From the NCBI RefSeq assembly GCF_006345805.1, contig NC_043012.1:44764001-44828000 (forward strand): a stretch of 64,000 nucleotides of DNA. Reading direction: 5' to 3'. A program made the position numbers and the translations under genes. The notes beneath the pieces were generated by a model. It saw nothing but the letters and a program-made list of their open reading frames with translations. It searched no databases and was not told the DNA's origin. How positions within the stretch are numbered: the first letter of the stretch is position 1; every line of letters starts with the position of its first letter. This document shows, one piece after another, positions 1 to 11,193 of this stretch. The stretch is from Octopus sinensis (lineage: Eukaryota).

Positions 1-409
1 AGCTCCACTCTCCCGAAGTCAGGAAGAAAAGGAAAAAAGAAAGAAGAACGGGTCATCGCAGTGGGGGAGATGATGTGCCGTCTGCATGTTCCGAAGTTGT
101 ACCAGCCACGGTGGAAGAAACGACCCCCACCCTTTAAAATGTTGAATTAATTATCTTTTTCTACAAGGGCGGGCAGGTGGAAAAATAGTAGAAGAATATA
201 AAGAGACAGAAGATATGCCCTTCACACGGGATCCCGAATGGCCTCCGCAGATAGCTTTGGAGGTAATAAGTTTTCCCTTGTGGGAAAGGCTTAAAGGATT
301 TGGGGAGGAGTGTCGCATATGGCCGGGTGGCATGGAAATGGCGGGATACAGGCACTCAAGCAGCATTGAAGATAATGATGAATATATCGAAGGATATATC
401 GATGAGTAG
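1..409 (+). mobile_element. Possible C-terminal part of a retroelement ORF1-like reading frame, cut by the window edge
   Basis: Non-microsatellite open frame 215-409 (DPEWPPQIAL...EYIEGYIDE*) preceded by a basic KKRKK tract, like the ORF1 region at 34.8-35.1 kb. The family assignment is weak. Confidence 0.25.
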
Positions 410-721
410 GAGGTGAAAAAGCCTCGTTAGAGGGTTTGAAACCTCATCTTATTGTATTATTTGTAGTGGTTTATAACCTCAATTGTGTGTTTAAAAAAAT
501 AACATGTTAAGTAAGAGGTTTTAGTGCCTCCTTCTTGTAAGAAGTTTGAAACCTCATATTAATTTTAAAAAAAAAGAAAATATGTTTTCGAGAAAAATCC
601 AATCGGCGGGTGTTGGGCTTCGTCTCTCATTTATTCATTTTATTTCATTTTCATTCATTAATGTATTTGTCCAGCCCGCAAAGGTCTTTGTACTGTCTAT
701 ATGACAAATTTTATGAAATAA

Positions 722-861
722 AGTAGCTTACTTACCAACCACATGGTTCCGGGTTCCGTCCCACTGCATGGCACCTTGGGCAAGTGTTTTCTACTATATC
801 CTCGGGCCGACCAAAGCCTTGTGAGTGGATTTGGTAGACGGAAACTGAAAGAAGCCCGTCG

Positions 862-920
<59 letters not shown>

Positions 921-1118
921 TGTGTGTGTGTGTGTGTGCATGTATATGTTTGTGTGTCTGCGTTTGTCCACCCCCCAACATCGCTTGACAACCGATGCTG
1001 GTGTGTTTACGTCCCCGTCACTTAGCGGTTCGGCAAGTGAGACCGACAGAATAAGTACTAGGCTTCCAAAGAATAAGTCCTGGGGTCAATTTGCTCGACT
1101 AAAGGCTGTGCTCCAGCA
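722..1118 (+). mobile_element. tRNA-derived SINE, family A, 5'-truncated
   Basis: B-box-like GGTTCCGTCCC, internal (AT)n(GT)n tract and 3' GGGGTCAATTTGCTCGACTAAAGG..GCTCCAGCA. Collinear with the copies at 36432, 39141 and 52611. Confidence 0.9.
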
Positions 1119-1129
1119 CAGTTTAAGGA

Positions 1130-1480
1130 AAGCCGCTCTGTAGATCGTGAGCTTTCTGCTCCAATAACCGACATTCAGGTCTCTCGTAGAGGATTTCCCC
1201 GCTTGGCTGTTGATATAAGTTTTGAGAGAGAAGTGTGCACAATACTAACTTTATCGCTTATTGAACCATATTGCATCATAGATGTGTTGTTCGTTTACAT
1301 TCCATATCCACCCTGCACCTAAATATTTCCAGATCATCTTGGGCGGAGGCATTTATGGCCTAAATGGTATAGCCTTTCATATTGCGATATGGCACTTGTG
1401 GGATGCAAACTTGCGTTGCACGGCCTCGCGTTTCAGTAATATTTTTCGATTACGAACTTTTTCTCTTACCGGTCACAGTT
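1130..1480 (-). mobile_element. Decayed CR1/L2-group LINE, C-terminal RT fragment
   Basis: Minus-strand frames give KREAVQRKFA, QYERLYHL and MIWKYL in the order expected for CR1 (LExVQRxFT, YxERLxxL, WKIL). Frameshifted. Confidence 0.45.
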
Positions 1481-1628
1481 CGCGTTGAAGAGCAATAAGC
1501 TTTGTTTCTTTGGATAATTAATAAAGTTACAGCTGGTGGTTAGTGAATTTACTATTTACTTTCCACTTAAAGAGAGTGCCTACATGTCAAATATTATTTC
1601 AGAGTCTATCAATATTTATCCGGAGAAA

Positions 1629-1840
1629 TGGCGGCGAGCTGGCGGAATCGTTAGCGCGCCGGACAAACGCTCGCGGCATTTCCATCTTTACATTCTGAAT
1701 TCAAATTCCGCCGAGCTCGACTTTACCTTTCATCCTTCCGGGGCCGATAAAATGGGTACCATTTAAGTACTAGGGTCGATGTAATCGACTTATACCCTTC
1801 CCCGAAACTGCTGGTCTTGTACCAAAATTTGAAATCAATA
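1629..1840 (+). mobile_element. tRNA-derived SINE, family B
   Basis: Head GGCGGCGAGCTGGCGGAATCGTTAG and core CCTTTCATCCTTCCGGGGCCGATAAA. Matches the copies at 6589, 6809 and 44922. Confidence 0.9.
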
Positions 1841-2394
1841 TTTATCTATCGGGAGAGAGGTAATCGATTTTGTTTGTTTTCTTTCATTACGATCAATCTC
1901 TGTTACTTCTATGTATCAGAGAAGATTAATCGCAGCACAGTATACTAGAACTTTCAATGACTCAATGTTGGAATTTTCGAGCTTTGATAATTGTTCCTTA
2001 TGTACATGGTCCACGCGGATAGCATCGAGTCAATGGATTTTGTTGAAATTTTGTTAACTGTATTTTCAGTTGTTTATATTCTGCATTCATTACTACTATT
2101 TGTTTATAATCAGTTACCTCTCATTTGTGTAATGGCAGTATGTTCATTTTTATTATTCCATCTGTCGCAGTCCGTATTGTTTACAATCTTCACCGGAGAA
2201 GAAATCAGTAAACATAACAGAATATAACCAATTATTATTTTTTTAGCAGACTTCAATCAATGGAAAAAATTCTAGAGGATAGCATTCATTAAGATTATAT
2301 ATATTTTTGCTGACGTAACTGAATTCAAAGGCATATGTATATATGTATATTATATATACATGTATGCATCTCTATTTGTATATGCGTGTGTGTG

Positions 2395-2426
<32 letters not shown>

Positions 2427-2501
2427 TGTATGTGTATGTATGTATGTATGTATGTATGTATGTATGTATGTATGCATGTATGTATGTATATATATATATG
2501 A

Positions 2502-2650
2502 TTTATTTAAAAGCAGCAGAAATTTAACAAAGCTGTTACTCGGAGTTTCACGTACCCGTTCGTCGGACAGTTTTAACAAAACTGTCCGACGACGGGTACG
2601 TGAAACTCTGAGTAACAGGTTTTGTTAAATTTCTGCTGCTTTTAAATAAA
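2502..2650. repeat. Near-perfect ~150-bp palindrome (foldback/MITE-like)
   Basis: Arms of about 73 bp (TTTATTTAAAAGCAGCAGAAATTTAACAAA...GGACAGTTTT), a 3-nt loop, and only a few mismatches. Confidence 0.9.
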
Positions 2651-2720
2651 GTATATTACTCTACCTCTTGTATTTGAATACTCTTTTTTCCACCTTGTTT
2701 CACATTTATGTGTTTACTCC

Positions 2721-2722
<2 letters not shown>

Positions 2723-2773
<51 letters not shown>

Positions 2774-3085
2774 TATATATATACATACATACATATATAC
2801 ATACATACATACATACATACATACATACATACATACATACATACATACATACATGTATACATACATACATACATATATATATACATACATACATACATAC
2901 ATACATACATACATACATGTATACATACATACATATATATATACATACATACATACATACATACATACATACATACATACATGTATACATACATACATAC
3001 ATATATATATACATACATACATGTATACATACATACATACATACATACATACATACATACATACATACATACATACATGTATACA
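2723..3085. repeat. Compound (TA)n/(TACA)n microsatellite
   Basis: Read directly from the sequence; source of the YIHT/MYVC ORFs. Confidence 0.98.
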
Positions 3086-4235
3086 TGCCTTGTAATGAGA
3101 AATAACTCAAGGAGGGAGGCTATTGATGTGGACAATTAAAGAGGAATGCCTTGAATGTTGTATAAAATAATTTCTTAATTTCTCGAAGTCTTTGCTTCTC
3201 GTTGAACAGAGAAAATAAAAACCAAGCTTCAACTATATGATAGTAAGCATTTACACGTAGATAGATAGATAAACAGACAGACGGGCAGACAGATAAATAG
3301 ATAGATAGATAGATAGACACGCACACACACATATGCATATATGTATACACACACATACATGTGTACACACACATACATGTGTACACACACGTATGCATAC
3401 ACACTCGAACGCGCACACACACACACACATGCACACACACGATCGTCCACACACATATATCAAGCTGTCTAGCTAGATAAATTTCATATATATAATATTA
3501 TCATATAGTGTATATATATTATATATGTGAGGAATGGCTCTTATTGGTACACCTTGCACAGCGTGAGGTTCTGACACAAATATTAAGCATTAATGAACAC
3601 AACGCCCTTAGTTTTTTAATGTCATATTATTATACCTTAAAACCGAATTCAATCAGGTTATAGCTACGAGAATGCACGTGCATAATTACGATGCAATTAA
3701 CGATTTTCTAGTGAATTTATACTTACATCTTACAGAGCACAAATATGCGTATTACTTCGGTTACCTTTCGGTCGTTAGTTTCGTTAAGTTCCAGTTATCC
3801 TGCTATCCATTGATATCATGTGCTATATCACGATACGATTAGCTGTGGGCAGTGCACCACTATCACAGAGCAGCTGCAACAATATTGCATCGATGAAGAC
3901 AGAAGAATTAGCTTTGCTTTATGTTCTGCGATTTTATTTTTGAGCGAGCACATCCCTGAATACACACACGAACGTAAATAGAGTCTGAGAGAAAGCAGAT
4001 TCATTCGTGCTGTTGCATGCATGGACTGTGTGTGCTGTGGTATATATGCGCTGGATATGCAATACACACTCACATAAGCTAGCACGCACACACATATACG
4101 CATATACATACATACATACATACATACATACATACATACATACATACATACACACATACATACACATACAGAGATATATATTATATATATATATGCACAT
4201 ACACACACATATATATATACATATGTACATATATC

Positions 4236-4283
<48 letters not shown>

Positions 4284-4374
4284 ATGAAGATCGAAGCGCA
4301 ACAAAGCTCAATCACACACACAAAAAAATAAAAAAAATAAATAAATGGATTTGATTATTGGGCTCGACTTAACA

Positions 4375-4760
4375 GCTAAATCTCTATTCACTGCAACGCC
4401 GCCGTCAGCGATACATTATTTGCACCATGTGGAAAATATTCCACCAATATTATTCAAATGATTCAGATATTATGTTCACAATTCAGCCAAGACTAGGCCA
4501 TCGTGCAATGCGTCCCCTAGACAGGACGAAATCACATCACTTAAGAACATTGGGACACAAATTTTTCACAGCAAATGGTTCTGCGCTTCTCAATGTTATC
4601 CCAGAAAAAATTAAAGTAGAAAATATCCCACAACTTTCAAACGGTACCTGGACAAATTCCTCCAGGAAATGCCGGATAGATCACCTACACCTGGATATGT
4701 CTCAACCAACAACAACTCTCTGCTTGTATAGTCCACGGTGTTCCGACATAATTAGCTAAA
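4375..4760 (+). mobile_element. CR1-group LINE 3' fragment
   Basis: RRQRYIICTMWKIF...PRLGHRA...NGSALLNVIPEKI, then after a frameshift FKRYLDKFLQEMPDRSPTPGYVSTNNNSL. This is the typical CR1 ORF2 C-terminus. Confidence 0.8.
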
Positions 4761-4826
4761 AGAATTTTCCAGGTGGTGTTATTGAGTTAGTCATGGCCTG
4801 GTCCGATAATAGCGGAAACCAGTTAT

Positions 4827-4829
4827 CTG

Positions 4830-4923
<94 letters not shown>

Positions 4924-4959
4924 ATGTATATATATGTAGTATGTATACATACATATATG

Positions 4960-4992
<33 letters not shown>

Positions 4993-5127
4993 ATATATGT
5001 AGGTATGTATACATACATATATATATATATTATATGTATATATATTTGTAAGTATACGTTTATATATGCATCTATATATATGTATATATATATATGCATT
5101 CATATATATGTATATATATATATATTA

Positions 5128-5173
<46 letters not shown>

Positions 5174-5530
5174 ATATATGTATATATATATATATATATA
5201 TGTATGTATATATATATATATATGTTTGTTGTATATATGTATATGTATATATATGTATATATATATGTATATGTATGTATATATATATGTATGTATATAT
5301 GTATATATATGTATATATATATATATGTATATATATGTATATATATGTATATATATATGTATTATATGTATATAGATATGCATATATATATACACACACA
5401 CACACACATACAATATATATATATATATATTATATATATATATAATATATATATATATAATATATATATATATATGTATATATACACACACATACATGCA
5501 TACATACATATATTTACTCACACACACGCG
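4827..5530. repeat. Long (TA)n-rich compound microsatellite
   Basis: Read directly from the sequence. Confidence 0.98.
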
Positions 5531-5544
5531 CTCACATATATGCG

Positions 5545-5822
5545 GCACTCTGTTAGTTACAATGACGAGTGTTCCGTGTTCCAGTTGATCCAATCAACGG
5601 AATAGCCTTCCTCAGTCGCACGCACCCTTAACGTAGTTCACAGTGAGTTTCAGCTTGACACAGAATGTAACCAGCTTGGCCGTCTGCAATGCAGGTACTG
5701 CTTTACCTTTTGCTTGCAGAGTAGACTGGAGCAATGCTCAAGAACATAAAGCCTTAACGGGAATTTAACTGAAGACCATAGGACTATGAACCGAATATCC
5801 TAACCACTTAGCCACGTGCCTA
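5545..5822 (-). mobile_element. Degenerate tRNA-derived SINE (family C/D-like)
   Basis: The reverse complement begins AAGGCACGTGGCTAAGTGGTTAGG, an A-box-like head similar to the 51159-51499 copy, and contains TTCTTGAGCA..TTGCTCCAGT. Confidence 0.6.
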
Positions 5823-5824
5823 CA

Positions 5825-5866
<42 letters not shown>

Positions 5867-6588
5867 TTCTGTGTGTGTTGCGTTCCATTACTTAATAAAT
5901 GAAAAAGAAAAATGTTTGGTAAATAAACATATATAACATACATAACACAACGTATAGTGAGTGTGAAACGGGACGGGAGATAAAACATAGAAGGTCCCTA
6001 GCAAAGCAAATTGAAATTAGGGTTTTAGTGGGAGGTAACTAGCATAGTATTATCTTCTTAGTTACGTCCCTTGTTAAGTTTGCCTTTCCTTAAATTAAAA
6101 ATGCTGGGTCTACTAAATTTTAATTTATTTTTACTAGTTTGTTGGTAAATATATATCAGCAGGGATATTTGATGTAATCGCTTATTACTTGTTTTATCGT
6201 TCTTGTTCTGGTCAGGAACATATATGTTGACTAGAGAGATTCGATCTTGTATACAGTACAATTCGCCTAATGTACTTGAGGCAATATTTTAGTTGTAACG
6301 AAACCTGAGAGGGAGGTCATGAACATTAAAAGATACAGAATAAAGCACTTCATTCGTTCACACCATCAGTGTTAGCTTTTGTTTCACCTCAACGCGTCCT
6401 CCTATTTATAACTATGGCAATCTGTCTTAGAAAATAAATTATTTGAAGAAATTACTCAGCGTCGCTATCCGGTTGAAAACAAATAGTGTTTCTATATTTA
6501 ATATAAAGAGCATCCAATACATAATTCGTAATAAGTATGCGCTGAGAAACTACAATATTTGTGAATGGCTAATAGTTTATATAACTAT

Positions 6589-6768
6589 AAGGCGGCGAGC
6601 TCGGAAAATCGTTAGCACGCCGGTCAAATTGCTTGGCGGCATTTCGTCCGTCTTTACATTTCGAGTACAAATTCCGCAAAGGTTGACTTTGCCTTTCATC
6701 CTTTCCGGGTCGATGAAATATGTAACAGTTGAACAATGCTGGCCTTGGGCCCAAATTTGAAATCAATA
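6589..6768 (+). mobile_element. SINE family B
   Basis: Collinear with 1629-1840. Confidence 0.85.
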
Positions 6769-6808
6769 CTTTATATAATTATTCCTGCAAGTATTATTAG
6801 ACTTCCCG

Positions 6809-7013
6809 AAGGAGATGAGCTGGGCAGAAGTGTTAGCACACCAGACAAAATGCTTGGCGGCATTCGTCCGTTTTTAGGTTCTGAATTGAAATTTTACCGA
6901 AATTTTATCCATTCGGGGTCGATAAAATAATCTCTCTAGTACTGGGATCAATGTTATCGACTTACCCCTCCCCTAAAAAACTGCTGGCCCTGTGTCAAAA
7001 TTCGAAACCATTA
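6809..7013 (+). mobile_element. SINE family B, second tandem copy
   Basis: Collinear with 1629-1840 but more diverged. Confidence 0.8.
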
Positions 7014-7384
7014 TTAAACCTCCTCAACAATGTGTAGATTTCGACTCATTTTCCGAAGTAGTGGCAAGAGAATTACTATGTACATGTAAAGCGTTGTATA
7101 CGAGTAAAAAGTTTATTGGACTTATGTAATCTGTATCTCTATTTATTTGTCACACTCTAGTGCTGTTTATATATATATCTATATTCCTCGTACCTTGGTC
7201 CCTTTGTTTCTCTCTTTAAGTCTATCTATAAGTGTTTGAGTGTCTTAAATATCACAAAAAAAAAAAAACAGCGGATACATGAATATAAATACATACATAC
7301 ATACATATAAACATACATACTCTCTCTCTCTCACACACACACAGACACGCGCACACACACACATACATGCATACGTGGATACTA

Positions 7385-7950
7385 AAGTCATACCTTGCCA
7401 AAATTCCAGCTGCTATACTCGATACCGTAAACACTGACGACAACATAGTCCATAGAACTATCGAAAAGAACTTTATTACAACAGTCGCTAAAAGAATTAG
7501 GTTATCAGCAGGAATATTTTGGGGTAACTGCTCATCTATAAGGGTTTTCGTCCTAGTAGGGAATCCATTGTCAGCCCCTAATAAGGGGTTTATCATAGAA
7601 TTTACAAAGGAGAGAAAAATAGTGTCGTTCATACATTTTATATGACCTTAATGAGAATTCAAGTAATATTGATTGTAGATTCTCTTAGATCTGTGATAAA
7701 TACACTGCATCTCACTGAGAAGTCTATGCCTTTACTCTCCGGGAATAGGAGATAGATACTAAATGTCTTGCCCTTATTAAGAGAGATAAGGATACTTCTA
7801 ACTATCACCGATGTGAGAGAAAATGTCGATTGCGACGTATCGTTGTGGAAAAGACCATTCTTTTCGCCAGCAATACCAATCTTTTCGTTAAAACTATCTA
7901 CAATGCTACTCGTAGGCGGGATTCTCTTGCTGGCCATACCCAAAGCACGC
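7385..7950 (+). pseudogene. Possible decayed leucine-rich-repeat gene fragment
   Basis: YLAKIPAAI, IEKNFITTV, GIFWGNCSSIRVFVLVGNPLS and DVRENVDCDVSLW resemble LRR and LRRCT motifs. A frameshift and stops are present, and other readings are possible. Confidence 0.3.
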
Positions 7951-8572
7951 CAGAACCAGAATATACCCACACCTTCAAAACTAAAGGATTCTGGAGGAAC
8001 ATTGCAATCAAAATAGTGACCTTGTGGAAGTAAAACTGGCCAAATATAGTTACATGGGACAAAGAGCAAAAGCCATGCACGATTGTAAAAATCAGCTGTC
8101 CAGCGTATGTGAACATCTCATAAAAAATTTAAGAAATATATAACCCCACAGATCTTAAATCCAGACTGTAAATTTAAATCAGAATTTCCAGGGTTCACTT
8201 GGTTAGATAACAATAGATCTGCATAAAACTATCGAAATGCAGGATTATCCAAAAGAAAAAAAAACACTACTAAAAAAAAGCAAAGGAAAAAGAAGAGAGC
8301 AAACTGACTCGTTTTTTCAAAAAGCAATCTTCTAGAGGTAAGATATTCTAGGGATTTTCCCGGCACAAAATCAAATATACCAACGAAACATACACACACA
8401 CGTACGCAGAAACAGTAATGAAGTACACACACTTGTGCACTAAAATAGCACTCGCATTACATGAGTGCAAGTTTATCTGCGAGCACACACGTATCCACAA
8501 ACATATGCACACACCGACCAATTCAGAAAATTACAAATCCCAGTCGCCTTGCTACTATCTATCTATCTATCT

Positions 8573-8769
8573 ATTTACTGGATGGGCGTTCACTCTCAAG
8601 AGTTCCCATTGCTGCCGTCGACATCCAGGACGACCATACATACATACATACATACATACATACATACATACATACATACATACATACATACATACATACA
8701 CATACATGCAGTACCAGGAAATGGCTTTCATGGCTTCTGATCTTAACTGATTGGAAGTGTTATGTACAT
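8573..8769. repeat. Inverted local duplicate of 9659-9885, inserted in a (CTAT)n tract
   Basis: Reverse complement of 9659-9885 with two substitutions outside the microsatellite. CTAT repeats lie on both sides. Confidence 0.9.
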
Positions 8770-8782
8770 CTATCTATCTATC

Positions 8783-9395
8783 TAAATCAAAAACAAACAT
8801 AACAGAAGATGACATAAAAACAAACAATCACCCATACACAACACCAGCGGATCACATCAAAATACTACATATCTCCAGAAATCTGCACCACACACTAAAA
8901 GGCATTTTCCCCAGTGCGGTTGGTAAATGCCAAAAATACCTCACGAAGAAACTTTACTGGGATCTCCTCGAGGACAAACCAAAGGAGGAGAAAGCAAAAA
9001 CTTTCGAGCAGTAAGTAACCCTCTGTTCCTTTCGCTTGTATTTTAATTCACTAGGATTATGATCAAGATTGGTTGTGTAAATGCGCGTGGCTTGGGGTCC
9101 CCTTGGAAACAAGGGTACCTCTTAAATGACATAAAGTCACACGAGTTAGAAATCATAGCCATAAGTGAGACCAGACTCCACAATCTGCGGGCCCTAAAGA
9201 CCATGTTTGGCGGACAGTTCAACATTTATTTTTCCCCCTGTCTGCCAAGAATGGGCGGCAGTGGCTCCGCGGTACTTTTTCGCAAGAGTCTGGATCTCAA
9301 AGTAAAGACAATATTCGTAGACCCGGAGGGAAGACTAGTCGTCCTGGATGTCGACGGCAGCAATGGGTGCGCTTTTCGACTCGTATCAGTCTACG
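8783..9395 (+). mobile_element. L1/Tx1-type LINE fragment: ORF1 end plus N-terminus of the ORF2 APE endonuclease
   Basis: KIGCVNARGL, IIAISETRL, GSAVLFRK and DPEGRLVVLDV..FRLVSVY are APE-like endonuclease motifs. Interrupted at 9396. Confidence 0.85.
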
Positions 9396-9720
9396 AGTTT
9401 CCCATCCCACTCAAAAGGTCCTTGAATAAGGGTTATTTAAGGATGTTGAACGAAACACCCATGTTTCCCAAAGTGAATTATTCAAACCCCAAAGAATTCC
9501 TCTCAACACATGGCTACTTCTGCTCGTGATCAGAGATGCATCTGTCGTCATCCAATACGGGACATGCTCAACTGGTTAAGGTCAAACAACTGACAAGCAA
9601 ATATGTGGTATTGAGCAGAATATTTGCTGTAGCTCATCTTTTATACCAAGACAAAACAATGTACATAACACTTCCAATCAGTTAAGATCAGAAGCCATGA
9701 AAGCCATTTCCTGGTACTGC
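9396..9720 (-). mobile_element. Partial copy of non-autonomous element F (same family as 27641-28191)
   Basis: About 320 bp collinear with 27850-28185. Confidence 0.85.
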
Positions 9721-9821
9721 ATGTATGTATGTATGTATGTATGTATGTATGTATGTATGTATGTATGTATGTATGTAGGTATGTATGTATGTATGTATGT
9801 ATGTATGTATGTATGTATGTA

Positions 9822-10240
9822 TGGTCGTCCTGGATGTCGACGGCAGAAATGGGAACTCTTGAGAGTGAACGGCCATCCAGTAAATGTCTTAAGGCTGTAT
9901 CATGCGCGGGGACATAGAAATAATCGGACTGAATACCCGATCGCGCGGTTAAGCCATTGGGAGTGAATGACTCCTAGCCTTTGTTAGGGCATCCTTCTAG
10001 GAGAAGGTAACTCGGGTAACTGGGATAACTCCGACATAAAACCTGCGGCTCAGTGGTTACCGATGATGTTGACTTGTTCTTCTTTTCGGATTATGGCTGC
10101 TGTTGCTTAATGAGTGGGATTGACTCAGTGCACAGCCTTTCCTCACTTTAAAAAAATCTTCTTGCACAAGCATTGCACGATAACAACATTGATTAAGCTT
10201 CGGGCAATGGCCATACTCGATAACGAGGGGGCAGCCACCA
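9822..10240 (+). mobile_element. Non-autonomous element E flanked by (TGTA)n, possibly RTE-derived and bipartite
   Basis: Unique ~420-bp unit between two (TGTA)n tracts. It contains TTAGGGCATCCTTCTAGGAGAAGG, which resembles a recalled RTE 5'UTR motif. Orientation is inferred. Confidence 0.45.
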
Positions 10241-10479
10241 TGTATGTATGAATGTATGTATGTATGTATGTATGTATGTATGTATGTATGTATGTATGTA
10301 TGTATGTATGCATGTGTGTGTAGATATATATGTATGTATGCGTATATAAGTATGTATATATACATATACACGCATATATATATGTATATTTGTATTATGT
10401 ATATATATATATTTATAAATAATATCTATATATATGTTTGTTATGTATGTTTGTATGTATGTATTTGGCTCTTGTGTGG

Positions 10480-10945
10480 TAAGTCACTGGTGATTATTGA
10501 CAATGATCTTCAATGTTCAAAAGTTGGACTTTAATAAATCACTGAAATCCGAACTAGATTTATATTTTAAGAGTGAAATTGTTTTGAAATAGCTATTGAG
10601 CGAGTTTAAGGAGTTTACTAGGCCTTTTTTTCGGAGTTTTTTAAAATTTTAAATGAAATAAAATTTATTTCCTTTGATAATCACTTTCATTTTTGTGAAA
10701 ACGATTTATATCTGTAAGAATTCTTGAGCAAAATCTACACTCTACTTGATAATTCTGATATTCCCGATAATTCTTGTATAGAGTTCTTCGATTAATTGCT
10801 GTCAAGATCCTGACTGTGAATTTATTGCTCTTCCGATTAAATCCTTTTCAAAATGTAATTACATCATGAGAAACAGTTCACACCCGAGAAGGGAACAGTA
10901 TTTCAGACTATGGCTGCAGAGAATGAATTCAATTCTGTTCTATAT
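10480..10945 (+). pseudogene. Possible decayed LGR/GRL101-like GPCR fragment (LRR plus hinge)
   Basis: NEIKFISFDNHF is LRR-like, followed by INCCQDPDCEFIALPIKSFSKCNYIMRN..FRLW, which resembles the CC-C-P-FSxC-xLMxN hinge of RXFP/GRL101-type receptors. Stops and frameshifts are present. Confidence 0.4.
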
Positions 10946-11011
10946 TTGAGAGATGAAGAATGATGTACATTATTTACGTCTGACAGATATTTGTCTTCAT
11001 TTTGTTTGTTG

Positions 11012-11057
11012 TTAACAACGTTTCGGCTGATATACTCTCCAGCCTTCATCAGGTGTC
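11012..11057 (-). ncRNA. Minimal type I hammerhead ribozyme motif in the Penelope pLTR (helix I damaged)
   Basis: CTGATGA-a-GGCTG(loop)CAGCC-GAAA-CG-TT on the minus strand, with a 2-nt deletion relative to the 12866 copy. Confidence 0.6.
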
Positions 11058-11133
11058 TCATTCCTAAAGCATTATTATTGTTATTGTTATTACTGTTATT
11101 GTTGTCGTTATTATTATTATTATTATTATTATT

Positions 11134-11193
11134 ATTCGAACTCAGAATCTTGGGGTTAGCAGCCCGCACTCTTAACCACTACACCATATGCCC
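11134..11193 (-). mobile_element. tRNA-like (Ser-GCT anticodon loop) SINE-type head inside the Penelope terminal region
   Basis: TGGTGTAGTGGTTAAG (A box), GGG-CTGCTAA-CCC anticodon arm and GAGTTCGAAT (B box). No acceptor 3' strand or long variable arm, so not a functional tRNA. Confidence 0.65.

Noticed and set aside
6058-6261. ISLVNIYVPD as an L1 endonuclease motif
   Set aside because: It is a single short motif, and no other endonuclease motifs appear in order around it.
7430-8050. Alternative reading of the 7.4-8.1 kb island as an old CR1 RT or as GPCR TM4-TM7 on the minus strand
   Set aside because: The motif matches are short, need several frameshifts and conflict in spacing. They are kept only as alternatives to the LRR reading.
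10500-10900. Minus-strand frame that looks continuous if TAA/TAG encode Gln
   Set aside because: TGA stops also interrupt it, and the context is clearly animal repeat DNA, so there is no case for a variant genetic code.
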